In this document: positions 39,632-48,157 of the stretch, in pieces
Position numbering within the stretch: position 1 is the stretch's first letter
Layout of the letters: each line of letters opens with the position of its first letter
Source of the DNA: an uncultured delta proteobacterium
Lineage (GTDB): Bacteria; Desulfobacterota; Binatia; UBA9968
Assembly: GCA_963745835.1 (NCBI GenBank)
Contig: CAVUZH010000003.1
Location: forward strand, 128,001 to 192,000
DNA: 64,000 nt
Reading direction: 5' to 3'
The notes under the pieces: model-generated
What the model saw: the letters and a program-made list of their open reading frames with translations, nothing else
The model's database searches: none
What the model was told of the DNA's origin: nothing
Position numbers and translations under genes: made by a program

Positions 39632-41014
39632 ATGATCAATGACCTGCGAGAGTTCCTCAATCTTCTGGAAGCAAAGAAAGACCTGGTCCATATCAGTCGG
39701 CCGACTTCGCCGCGCTTCGAGATCGCCGCAGGCATCAGAAAGACATCCGACATCGAGGGGCCGGCATTGCTCTTCGACAATGTCGTCGGCCATTCGATGC
39801 CGGTAGTTGGCGGACTTTATGCGGTTCGACGGCGAGCGGTCTGGGGACTTGAGACCACACCGGATAAGATTCACAGCAAGATCATGGAAGGTCTCAAGAA
39901 CCATATCCCGCCACGTCTGGTGAAAGATGGTGCTTGCAAAGAGGTGATCTTAACCGGGGAAGATGCGGATTTCAGTCGCCTGCCGATCTGTACCCATAAC
40001 AGCAAGGATGCCGGTCCATTTATCACAATCGGCCTCGGTTTTATTCGTCACCCCGACTACGGCAATAATGTTTCGATCAGCCGCATGCAGATTTACGACG
40101 GCAAAACCATGGGATGCCGAAGCGTACCGCCGCAGCACCTGGGCGTTTATTTTCGCGAGTTCGAAGCCAAGGGAAAGGCTATGGAGGTTGCCTTCACCAT
40201 CGGCAACGATCCGTACGTGACTTTATGCTCTCAGGTTTCGGGATCGATCTTCATGGACGAGCTGGAAATCGCCGGAGGATGGAGGGGCGAACCCGTCGAT
40301 GTCGTGCAATGCGAGACCATCGACGTCCAGGTGCCCGCCACCAGCGAGATCGTGCTCGAGGGAGAATTGACTGCCGGCGAGCGCCGCACTGAAGGGCCGT
40401 TCGGCGAGTTTCCAGGTTACTACCAGGCAGTGACCGAACAGCCCGTGTTTAAATTGAAAGCGATTACGCACCGGCGCAATCCCATTTACATTACCGCGCT
40501 CACCGGTCCGCCGACCACCGATAATCACGTGATGAGAGAAATTGTTCTTGAAGCCGTGTTGTATGACCGGATTCGGCAGATCTGCCCTACGGTGCGCGAC
40601 GTCTGCGTCACCAAAGGCGGCGTCAATTTACATGTGGTTGTTTCGATCAAGCCGACCTTTATCGCCCAAGCCCGCGACGTCATGCTGGCTTGTTTTTCAA
40701 CCGAGCGTATTCGACCCAAGCTCGTGACCGTCGTTGATGATGATATCGATCCGCGCGATCCGGTCATGGTGGAATGGGCAATGGCGACGCGCTTTCAAGC
40801 CGACCGCGATCTCATGGTTCTGCCGAGACAGGTCGGCGCGCCTCTGGATCCATCCACACCGGCGCCTCGTCTCGGCGCCATCATGGGCATCGATGCGACC
40901 CGTCCTTATGGTCAAGAATTTCCAGAGGTAGCGGTGGTGCCGGGCGCGGAAGATTTTGTTATTCCCGGCTGGACCGACAGTCGTCGTCGGGAGGTCACAG
41001 CGGGTGGCAGCTGA
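39632..41014 (+). CDS. UbiD family prFMN-dependent (de)carboxylase
   Basis: DLREFL, PALLFDNV, DAGPFIT, EIVLEG, EGPFGEFPGYY, VDDDID, IDAT. Confidence 0.95.
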   Translation: MINDLREFLNLLEAKKDLVHISRPTSPRFEIAAGIRKTSDIEGPALLFDNVVGHSMPVVGGLYAVRRRAVWGLETTPDKIHSKIMEGLKNHIPPRLVKDGACKEVILTGEDADFSRLPICTHNSKDAGPFITIGLGFIRHPDYGNNVSISRMQIYDGKTMGCRSVPPQHLGVYFREFEAKGKAMEVAFTIGNDPYVTLCSQVSGSIFMDELEIAGGWRGEPVDVVQCETIDVQVPATSEIVLEGELTAGERRTEGPFGEFPGYYQAVTEQPVFKLKAITHRRNPIYITALTGPPTTDNHVMREIVLEAVLYDRIRQICPTVRDVCVTKGGVNLHVVVSIKPTFIAQARDVMLACFSTERIRPKLVTVVDDDIDPRDPVMVEWAMATRFQADRDLMVLPRQVGAPLDPSTPAPRLGAIMGIDATRPYGQEFPEVAVVPGAEDFVIPGWTDSRRREVTAGGS

Positions 41015-41153
41015 AGATCGACAATATCGGCTCTGAAGCGCGCAACTTGAGGTGATATCTCTCTGGCAATCAACGGTTGAACTAGAATAGGCAAAACGTT
41101 CTCATCCTGAGCTCCATGCGCAAAAAAGGTATAGTCACGAAGAGTCGCGCCAG

Positions 41154-41168
41154 TGGCATTGCGGTTGC
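41154..41168 (+). promoter_or_regulatory. Possible sigma54 -24/-12 promoter
   Basis: TGGCATTGCGGTTGC (GG-N10-GC) about 75 nt upstream of 41242. Confidence 0.3.
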
Positions 41169-41241
41169 CCAGGGTGGAATCGCAGCGCTGTCCGACTCTT
41201 GCGCTGATCGACGTTAGCCGGGAGAAGAAGGAAGAACAGAA

Positions 41242-42222
41242 ATGATAAACGTCCTAATCTGGCTAGTCTTCCTATTTGTGATCTCCCCTCGAAGCGCTTT
41301 TGCTCAAACGCCTTTCCTGCACAGCTATTCCGGCACGAGCAGCGCGCAACTCGCAATCTGGGCTGCAAAAGATTTGAATTATTTTTCCAAATATCGCCTC
41401 GACGTCGACTTTGTTTTTATCCCGGGCGGAGCGCGCGGGATGCAGGCCCTTGTCGGCGGCAGCACTCAATCGGCAGACAGCGATGGCGTTGCTCCGATAC
41501 ATGTGATGCACCGCGGCGGAGACGCGGTGATCGTGGCAGGCCTCAACAACAAGCCTTTGTTTAAATTCGTCACTCAAAAAGAAATCACCGAGCCTGCGCA
41601 ACTGCGCAGGAAAAGAATCGGCGTCGCCAATTTCGGCGGATCCACTGAGTTTGCCGTCACGATCGCATTGAAGGAATGGAATATTCCAAGAGAGGCTGTG
41701 ACCCTCGTTGCTGCAGGAGGAAGTGGCGTTCGCCTGGCCGCAATGGAAAAGAAAGGTTTGGACGCAACGGTTCTTCCTTATGACCACGCAGCTATGGGCA
41801 GCAAAGCCGGTTTAAGAATCCTGGCGGACATGCCGACCTTGGTGCCGAGTTTTCCCGACAAGGTCATCATTATGCGCCGCTCATTCGTTCAAAAAGAGCG
41901 CGACACGGTTAAAAGGTTCCTACAAGGATTGAGCGAAGCGATCTACGAGATCTCGGTCAGTCCGGAAAAGGGTATGTCGGTGCTGAGTAAACGCTTGAAT
42001 GTAAAAGACCCTAAAGTGATCGAAGAAAATTACAATACGTACGGTCGTCTCTTTGCATTTCCGCCGCGTGTCGGCCGAAAAGGCATGGACGGTGTTTTAG
42101 AGCAGATCCAACAACAGTCAGGTGGCGCAAAATCCGACTTCGAGTTCGCGCGGTTTGTCGATGAAACTATTATTGATGAACTGGAGCGAGAAGGATTCTT
42201 TAAGAGGATTAGCCAAAAATAA
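41242..42222 (+). CDS. ABC substrate-binding protein, NMT1/THI5-SsuA type
   Basis: Signal peptide; AKDLNYFSKY.LDVD, LRRKRIGV, GLDATVL. Confidence 0.9.
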   Translation: MINVLIWLVFLFVISPRSAFAQTPFLHSYSGTSSAQLAIWAAKDLNYFSKYRLDVDFVFIPGGARGMQALVGGSTQSADSDGVAPIHVMHRGGDAVIVAGLNNKPLFKFVTQKEITEPAQLRRKRIGVANFGGSTEFAVTIALKEWNIPREAVTLVAAGGSGVRLAAMEKKGLDATVLPYDHAAMGSKAGLRILADMPTLVPSFPDKVIIMRRSFVQKERDTVKRFLQGLSEAIYEISVSPEKGMSVLSKRLNVKDPKVIEENYNTYGRLFAFPPRVGRKGMDGVLEQIQQQSGGAKSDFEFARFVDETIIDELEREGFFKRISQK

Positions 42223-42331
42223 CGCGCCGCCAAAGCCTTGCATCAAAGGCTCGAGCTTCAGTGCAGGATGGACACGCAGACAGGTCCGGCATCTGCTAAG
42301 TGCCGGCGCAATCGCAATTAAAGGAGTGACA

Positions 42332-43384
42332 ATGTTCGGGGTGAGAGTAAATAAGATAATCGGTTCTGTAGCCGTGGCGCTATCGATATTTGTGCTGGTC
42401 GGCAGTGCCGCCGGGCAATCATCGAAGGTGGCTGATTTTTATCGCGGCAAACAGGTGCGGTTTATCAGCGGTTACTCTGCGGGCGGGCTCTTCGATAGCG
42501 CAACTCGCATTATGGCGCGGCACGTGGGCAAGTTTATTCCCGGCAACCCAAGCGTCTGGGTCGACAATATGACGGGTGCCGGCGGTCTGATTGCAACGAA
42601 TTACGTCGCCAAGGCTGCGCCTAAAGATGGCACGGTGCTTCTAAACCTCGACGGCGCGCTCCTGAGGCTACAGGCCTTTAATAACCCCTCGGCACAATTC
42701 GATGCTCGCCAATTTAACTGGCTTACCTCACCGGCCCCCGATCTCCAGGTGTGCTGGGTCGCCAAAGAAAGTGGTTGGACCAGCATCACCCAGGCTCTTG
42801 GCGGCTCTAAAGAGTTGAAGCTCGGAGGTCTTGCGCCAGGTACTTTCCCTTCCGATACCGCGCGAATTCTTCAAGAGGCGCTGGGGATCAAAATAAGGCT
42901 TGTGGACGGTTTCAAGGGCGTTTCCGAGGTGCGACTTGCCACGGAAAGCAACGAGGTCGATGGTTCTTGTTCCTCTTACGAAGGCGTGAAAAGAGCTTTT
43001 CCCAAAGAGTTGCAGGCGGGCGACATACAGGTGATCGTACAGATCGGCGAAACTTCGTGGCCGGGCCTTGAGAAAGTTGCCAACGCGATGGACCTCGCAA
43101 AGACCGAGAGAGCCAAGCAGCTTCTTCGCGTTGCCGTCATCGCTCCCAACGACATCAATCGTCTGTTTACGCTTCCACCCGGCGTGCCGGCCGACCGGGT
43201 AGAAGCGCTCCGGCACGCTTTCGATGCGACGTTCAACGATCCGGAATACAAAGCCGACGTCGCAAAGGCCCGCTTGGTTTTGCGGCCAATATCGGTCGAG
43301 AAGATAAAGGAAGTCGCTTCTTCGTGGTTGGATATGCCCGATGCTCAAAAGAAAGAGTTGCAGCAGATTCTGCAGATTAAGTAA
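42332..43384 (+). CDS. Tripartite tricarboxylate transporter substrate-binding protein (TctC/Bug-like)
   Basis: FYRGK, GGLFD, IPGNP...NMTGAGG, KDGT; AAGGAG RBS before ATG 42332. Confidence 0.9.
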   Translation: MFGVRVNKIIGSVAVALSIFVLVGSAAGQSSKVADFYRGKQVRFISGYSAGGLFDSATRIMARHVGKFIPGNPSVWVDNMTGAGGLIATNYVAKAAPKDGTVLLNLDGALLRLQAFNNPSAQFDARQFNWLTSPAPDLQVCWVAKESGWTSITQALGGSKELKLGGLAPGTFPSDTARILQEALGIKIRLVDGFKGVSEVRLATESNEVDGSCSSYEGVKRAFPKELQAGDIQVIVQIGETSWPGLEKVANAMDLAKTERAKQLLRVAVIAPNDINRLFTLPPGVPADRVEALRHAFDATFNDPEYKADVAKARLVLRPISVEKIKEVASSWLDMPDAQKKELQQILQIK

Positions 43385-43426
43385 CCCGTGCATTGACTTT
43401 GCGTCGGTTTAGTCGAGCAGGAGAGT

Positions 43427-44458
43427 ATGATGAAATCACCGAATTTAGAGAATGGCCAGTTGTTGACCGAGGTCAACCATAAGGCGGCAACGGCGCCGTC
43501 CGACAATGTTCTGCACCACTATTGGCATGCGGTAGCGCGCTCGAAAGATGTAACGGACAAACCGCTGCCGGTTAAATTACTCGATCATCCGGTGGTGCTT
43601 TGGCGCTCCGACACAGGCGTAGTTGCCTTTCATGATCTCTGCATTCATCGCGGCACGCCCCTCTCTCTTGGTTGGACTGAAAACGGCAACATCGTGTGCG
43701 CCTACCATGGCTGGCGGTACGGCGCGGACGGAATGTGCAAACACATCCCCTCCATACCGGCCGAGAGGGGAATACCGGCCAAAGCGCGGGCGATCGTTTA
43801 TCACTGCGCCGAAAAGTACGGTTTGATTTGGGTATGTCTAAAAGATCCGGTCGCCGACATTCCGGCATTTCCCCAGGAGATCCACGACCCGTCGTACCGA
43901 TGGGAGGCCTATTCGTCGCACGGGCAATGGAAAGCTAATGCGGCCCGGATGATCGAGAATCTTTTGGACTTCTCGCATTTCACTTGGGTGCACCCGGGAA
44001 TTCTTGGCGATCCTTCAAACGCGGCATGCGAGTCAAGCGAGATCACGGCGGTTCCGGGCGGTTTCCAGTACGAGATCGAGCAGCCGGTAAATCGCTTGAA
44101 AGCAAATAGCGCGTCGATACAGCGCTTCACGGTGATTTTGCCGTTGACTTTGCTCATTGAAAGGCGGCAGCCGGACGGACCCGAAAAACAAACGAACATC
44201 TATTGCTGTACTCCGATGTCCGATAAGGAAACCAGATTTTTTCGCCTGTCCGGTCGGAACTATCGTGATGCGCTTTCTGATGAGGAACTCAACAAAAAAC
44301 ATCAGACGATCTTCGAGCAGGATCGGGTCATCGTCGAGGCTCAAAGGCCGGAGGAACTGCCTCTGGATCTAGCTGAAGAGCTTCATCTGCGCGGTCCTGA
44401 CACTGCCGGGCTGGAGTATCGAAGAGCACTACGCGAGATTGGCGTGAAGTGGGATTGA
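43427..44458 (+). CDS. Rieske non-heme iron oxygenase alpha subunit (VanA/NdmA-like demethylase group)
   Basis: CIHRG...CAYHG Rieske motif; ENLLDFSHFTWVH; EQD...QRPEELPLD. Confidence 0.92.
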   Translation: MMKSPNLENGQLLTEVNHKAATAPSDNVLHHYWHAVARSKDVTDKPLPVKLLDHPVVLWRSDTGVVAFHDLCIHRGTPLSLGWTENGNIVCAYHGWRYGADGMCKHIPSIPAERGIPAKARAIVYHCAEKYGLIWVCLKDPVADIPAFPQEIHDPSYRWEAYSSHGQWKANAARMIENLLDFSHFTWVHPGILGDPSNAACESSEITAVPGGFQYEIEQPVNRLKANSASIQRFTVILPLTLLIERRQPDGPEKQTNIYCCTPMSDKETRFFRLSGRNYRDALSDEELNKKHQTIFEQDRVIVEAQRPEELPLDLAEELHLRGPDTAGLEYRRALREIGVKWD

Positions 44459-44564
44459 GTTTTGTCGCTAGCCCGTGACCCTCTACGTGCAATGCTTTGA
44501 GTTATCAACATCGCTGCGAAAGGCTGAGATGTTATTTCAATCCTGAACTGATTCGGAAACTGCT

Positions 44565-44900
44565 ATGGATCGGCTATGCGTCGTTACCGGAGGAGCAAAC
44601 GGCATTGGCGCGTGAATCGTCAGACGCACCTGCACGAAGACGGCTACTGCGTACTGTTTTGCGATGTGGACAAGGAAAATGGAGAACGGCTAGCCGCGGA
44701 TCTAAGTCGTGACAATCATGCGGCGTACTTCGTTCGTTGTGACGTCAAAAATGACGCCGATGTGAGCCGCATGGTCGAGGTTGCAGCCCGGCTTGGGATT
44801 CCACTCTATGGTTGATCAATAATGCAGGAGTATTTCCCAGACGACAGTTTTCGGAAATTTCCTTGCAGAGTGGACTGATGTCATAGCGCCGAACATGTAG
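44565..44900 (+). pseudogene. Degraded SDR oxidoreductase
   Basis: MDRLCVVTGGANGIGA* then frameshifted CDVDKENG...RCDV...LINNAGVFP; truncated before YxxxK. Confidence 0.8.
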
Positions 44901-44969
44901 AGGGGGCGCGCCCGATTCTGCTAGCGTTCTCCGGATTGACGGCCGCGAAAAACCCGGAAGGAGTTTTGT

Positions 44970-45686
44970 ATGTTCGGATACCGCGCCAGAATAGGATACA
45001 TTTCGCCGTCTGTCATGGAGCTCAACGCCTATGACTTTTACCGCATCGTCCCCAAAGGAGTCGGCCTGATCGCGGTTACATGTATGGTTGAGGGCTGGAA
45101 GGAAGATGCCTATCAACGCGCACTGGCTCAAGTTGAAGCATGCGCCCGGGAGCTTGGCCGCCGCGCTTGCGATTTCATTATTCACGGCGGGGCTCCTTTG
45201 GTCTTGAGTCAGGGAAAGGGTTTCGAAACAAGACTATTGACCCAGCTACAAGAGCTCACCGGTGCTCCGTGCACCACCAGCATTGTCGCAGCCATGGATG
45301 CTTTTCGCGACCTGTCAGCTACCCGATTGGCGGTTGTCGATCCTTATCCAGCCGAGCTTAATGCCAAGATGACCGCGTACCTGAAAGACTGGGGCTTTGA
45401 GGTTGCGTCATTAGTCAGTCTCGGCACGTCTTTTACCGAATCGAGCATCGCATCGATTGCAGATATTTACCGAGCGGCCAAACGCGCCATCAAAGAAGCC
45501 CAAAATCCTCAAGCGATCTTTATACCGTGCGCTAATTTTCCGGTGATCGACGTCATTGAAGATATCGAAACCGATTTTGGGCTGCCGGTCATCAGCAATA
45601 TCACTTCTCAATTGTACGTAGGATTCAAAACTATCGGAATGCGGGAAAGGGTCACCGGATACGGAAAATTAATGCGGATGCTTTAG
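44970..45686 (+). CDS. Asp/Glu racemase superfamily (maleate isomerase/arylmalonate decarboxylase-like)
   Basis: RARIG.I.PS, DPY, PVIS; Gly73/74 at the first catalytic position and Cys187 (IPCANF). Confidence 0.88.
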   Translation: MFGYRARIGYISPSVMELNAYDFYRIVPKGVGLIAVTCMVEGWKEDAYQRALAQVEACARELGRRACDFIIHGGAPLVLSQGKGFETRLLTQLQELTGAPCTTSIVAAMDAFRDLSATRLAVVDPYPAELNAKMTAYLKDWGFEVASLVSLGTSFTESSIASIADIYRAAKRAIKEAQNPQAIFIPCANFPVIDVIEDIETDFGLPVISNITSQLYVGFKTIGMRERVTGYGKLMRML

Positions 45687-45716
45687 TTCAAGCAAGACTC
45701 ACGGAAGGAGCGGACC

Positions 45717-45959
45717 ATGGCGAAGATAAGAGCGGTCATTACGGAAGGGGACCGTCAGAACGGCTACAAGCGAGTTCAGGTATTATTTGGCACAAACTAT
45801 TTCTTGGAAATCGTTGAAAACGACGGCCGAGTCGAGTTTCTGCTAGGAGCGCACCACACCGGATTCAAGGCTGATGCTTCCGAAGTCAACGGCGAACTGC
45901 AGAAGTATATCAGCGAAGTTCAGCAGCGGTATCCGGAAAGCGCCTTCGAGCAGGAATAG
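45717..45959 (+). CDS. Hypothetical 80-aa protein
   Basis: AAGGAG RBS; fills the gap between the two paralogs with about 30-nt spacers. Confidence 0.75.
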   Translation: MAKIRAVITEGDRQNGYKRVQVLFGTNYFLEIVENDGRVEFLLGAHHTGFKADASEVNGELQKYISEVQQRYPESAFEQE

Positions 45960-45988
45960 GTAGTGGATGACCCGAAAGGTAGAAATGT

Positions 45989-46705
45989 ATGTTCGGCTGG
46001 CGCGCGAGAATAGGTTACCTTTGTCCCTCCGTGTTCGAAATGATCGCTTATGATTTCTATCGCATCGTTCCGCCTGGAGTCGGCATGATCGGGGTCACTT
46101 GCATGATTGACGGCTGGCAGGATGAGGCGTACAGAACGGGACTGGCGCGGATTAAAGAATGCGCGCTGGAGCTGAGCCGGCGAAAATGTGATTTCATCAT
46201 TCACGCAGGGGTTCCGCTGGTAGTGAGTCAAGGAAATGGCTACGAGCATGAGTTAATCAAAACCATCGAGACACTTACCAATACTCCGGCCACCACCAGC
46301 ATTGTTGCCGGAATGGAAGCACTCAAGGCTCTTTCTGTTCGGCGCATCGGCCTTGTCAATCCATATCCATCTGAATTGAACGCGGCGGTAGTGGCATTCA
46401 TGAAGGGTCACGGATTTGAAGTCGACGCAGTCGTCAGCCTCGGCGCTGATTTCACCCGAATCGGCGACGTCTCAGAAGCCGATGTTTACGCCGCGGCGAA
46501 AAAAGCTGTGAGCCAGTCACCTGACTTGGAAGGTTTATATCTGCCATGCCCGCAGTTCCCGGCGCTGGACGTCATCGATGCGATAGAATGCGACCTGGGA
46601 ATTCCCGCGGTGGGGCACTTAAGCTCGGAAATCTGGATGGCGTTGAAGGTTTTGAAGATCCGCAATCCGATCCCGGGATTCGGCAAACTCCTGACAATCA
46701 TGTGA
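45989..46705 (+). CDS. Asp/Glu racemase superfamily (maleate isomerase/arylmalonate decarboxylase-like), paralog 2
   Basis: Same length (238 aa) and colinear with 44970; IHAGVP at site 1, LPCPQF at site 2. Confidence 0.88.
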   Translation: MFGWRARIGYLCPSVFEMIAYDFYRIVPPGVGMIGVTCMIDGWQDEAYRTGLARIKECALELSRRKCDFIIHAGVPLVVSQGNGYEHELIKTIETLTNTPATTSIVAGMEALKALSVRRIGLVNPYPSELNAAVVAFMKGHGFEVDAVVSLGADFTRIGDVSEADVYAAAKKAVSQSPDLEGLYLPCPQFPALDVIDAIECDLGIPAVGHLSSEIWMALKVLKIRNPIPGFGKLLTIM

Positions 46706-46719
46706 GCACCGGAGGATCT

Positions 46720-47694
46720 GTGAGATCGATAATCGTCAATTGTATCTGCGCGGCAATACTGCAGTTGGCAGGATGGGGTGTTTCCTATGCTCAGGAAATC
46801 CACATGTCTTACCCGGGACTTACCGGTGAGTCTGCGCCGTTGTGGGTGGCCCGGGAAGCGGGATTTCTAAAGGGATATGGCCTCGATGCCAAGCTCGTAT
46901 ATATGGAGGGAGGCCGCTTATCGATCCAAAGTCTTCTCTCCAACACGACCCAGTTTATGGCAGGTGATGCGGTGTCGGCTCTGAGCGCGATTGCCGGGGG
47001 TGCGGACATCGTTTTGCTGGCTTCGGCTAAAAACGTTTTGCCCTATGTCTTTGCAGTGTCCAAGGACGTCCGGCGCGGCGAAGATCTCAAAGGAAAAATA
47101 ATCGCGACCTCGCAAGTCGGCGGAAGAGCGGGAGAGATCGCCCGCATGGTCATCCGCAATATGGGTTTGGATCCTGACAAAGACGTGAATTACCTGGCTG
47201 TCGGCGGGACCATGTCGCGGCTGGCGGCTCTAGGCACCGGCAAAGTGCACGCGGCGCCAATCTCGCATACGGTTGTTCCGATCGCGGAGGAGCGAGGCCT
47301 CAGAATTCTGCAGATCGAACCTATCCCTCTTATCGTCGATGCCCTCTGGACTTCACGGAAATTCGCCGACGAAAACCCGCTGGTTATTCAGAATGTGCTG
47401 CGCGGCTATGTTCAGGCGATAGCCACAATCGTGAGGGACCGCGACAAGTCCTTGGAGATTATGCGCAAGTACATGAGAACTTCAGACACGCGGGTGGTGC
47501 AAGGCGCTTACGAACGCTACAGAGAAGACTTGGACCGAGTACCGATACCCTCGGACAAGGCGATCAAGACGACACTGGAGATAAGCCGTAGAGTGGCTCC
47601 GAAGCTGGCCGGCATGGACATTGATCGGCATATGTATTTTGCTCCGGTACAGAAACTGGCGGCGGAAGGCTTCATCGATAAGTTGTACAAGTAG
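46720..47694 (+). CDS. ABC substrate-binding protein, NMT1/THI5-SsuA type
   Basis: GGAGG RBS and GTG start; PLWVAREAG, DLKGK, GLDPDKDV. Confidence 0.9.
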   Translation: MRSIIVNCICAAILQLAGWGVSYAQEIHMSYPGLTGESAPLWVAREAGFLKGYGLDAKLVYMEGGRLSIQSLLSNTTQFMAGDAVSALSAIAGGADIVLLASAKNVLPYVFAVSKDVRRGEDLKGKIIATSQVGGRAGEIARMVIRNMGLDPDKDVNYLAVGGTMSRLAALGTGKVHAAPISHTVVPIAEERGLRILQIEPIPLIVDALWTSRKFADENPLVIQNVLRGYVQAIATIVRDRDKSLEIMRKYMRTSDTRVVQGAYERYREDLDRVPIPSDKAIKTTLEISRRVAPKLAGMDIDRHMYFAPVQKLAAEGFIDKLYK

Positions 47695-47727
47695 TCATAA
47701 AACACACGAGAGGGAGGCTTGATAACT

Positions 47728-48075
47728 ATGGCGCGTATTCGTCATCTGGCAATCGTAACCGACAATCGAGAAAGGCTCGTCAATTTTTACACGACCGTTT
47801 TCGGCATGAAGGTAATCGATGGAGTTGGGCCGGCTATTTATTTGTCCGACGGCTATCTCAATTTGGCCATCATCCAAAAGCGCGGAAATTACAAGGAAGG
47901 TCTCTATCATTTTGGTTTTGAAGTAGAAAATATCGAAGAGCTAAAACCCCTGTGCAAGGACCTGGGTGCGGCAAGCGAAATCCAGAAGCGACCGCCCAAC
48001 CGGGAAGCAGAGTATCGAGTTCACGATCCCGACGGCACTCCCATCGATCTCTCACAACACGGCTGGCCGGTTTAA
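47728..48075 (+). CDS. VOC/glyoxalase family protein
   Basis: IRHLAI, FYTTVFG, LSDG.LNLA, GLYHFGF, DPDG. Confidence 0.9.
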   Translation: MARIRHLAIVTDNRERLVNFYTTVFGMKVIDGVGPAIYLSDGYLNLAIIQKRGNYKEGLYHFGFEVENIEELKPLCKDLGAASEIQKRPPNREAEYRVHDPDGTPIDLSQHGWPV

Positions 48076-48157
48076 TCTATTCTCATTATCGACCGCGCGC
48101 TTTGCATTCAGAACTGAAGCAGTCGTCCGCCGGTCGGCTACATAGATTGACCATGTC

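Noticed and set aside
44565-44620. Selenocysteine readthrough of the TGA in the SDR remnant
   Set aside because: Non-catalytic position, accompanied by frameshifts and truncation
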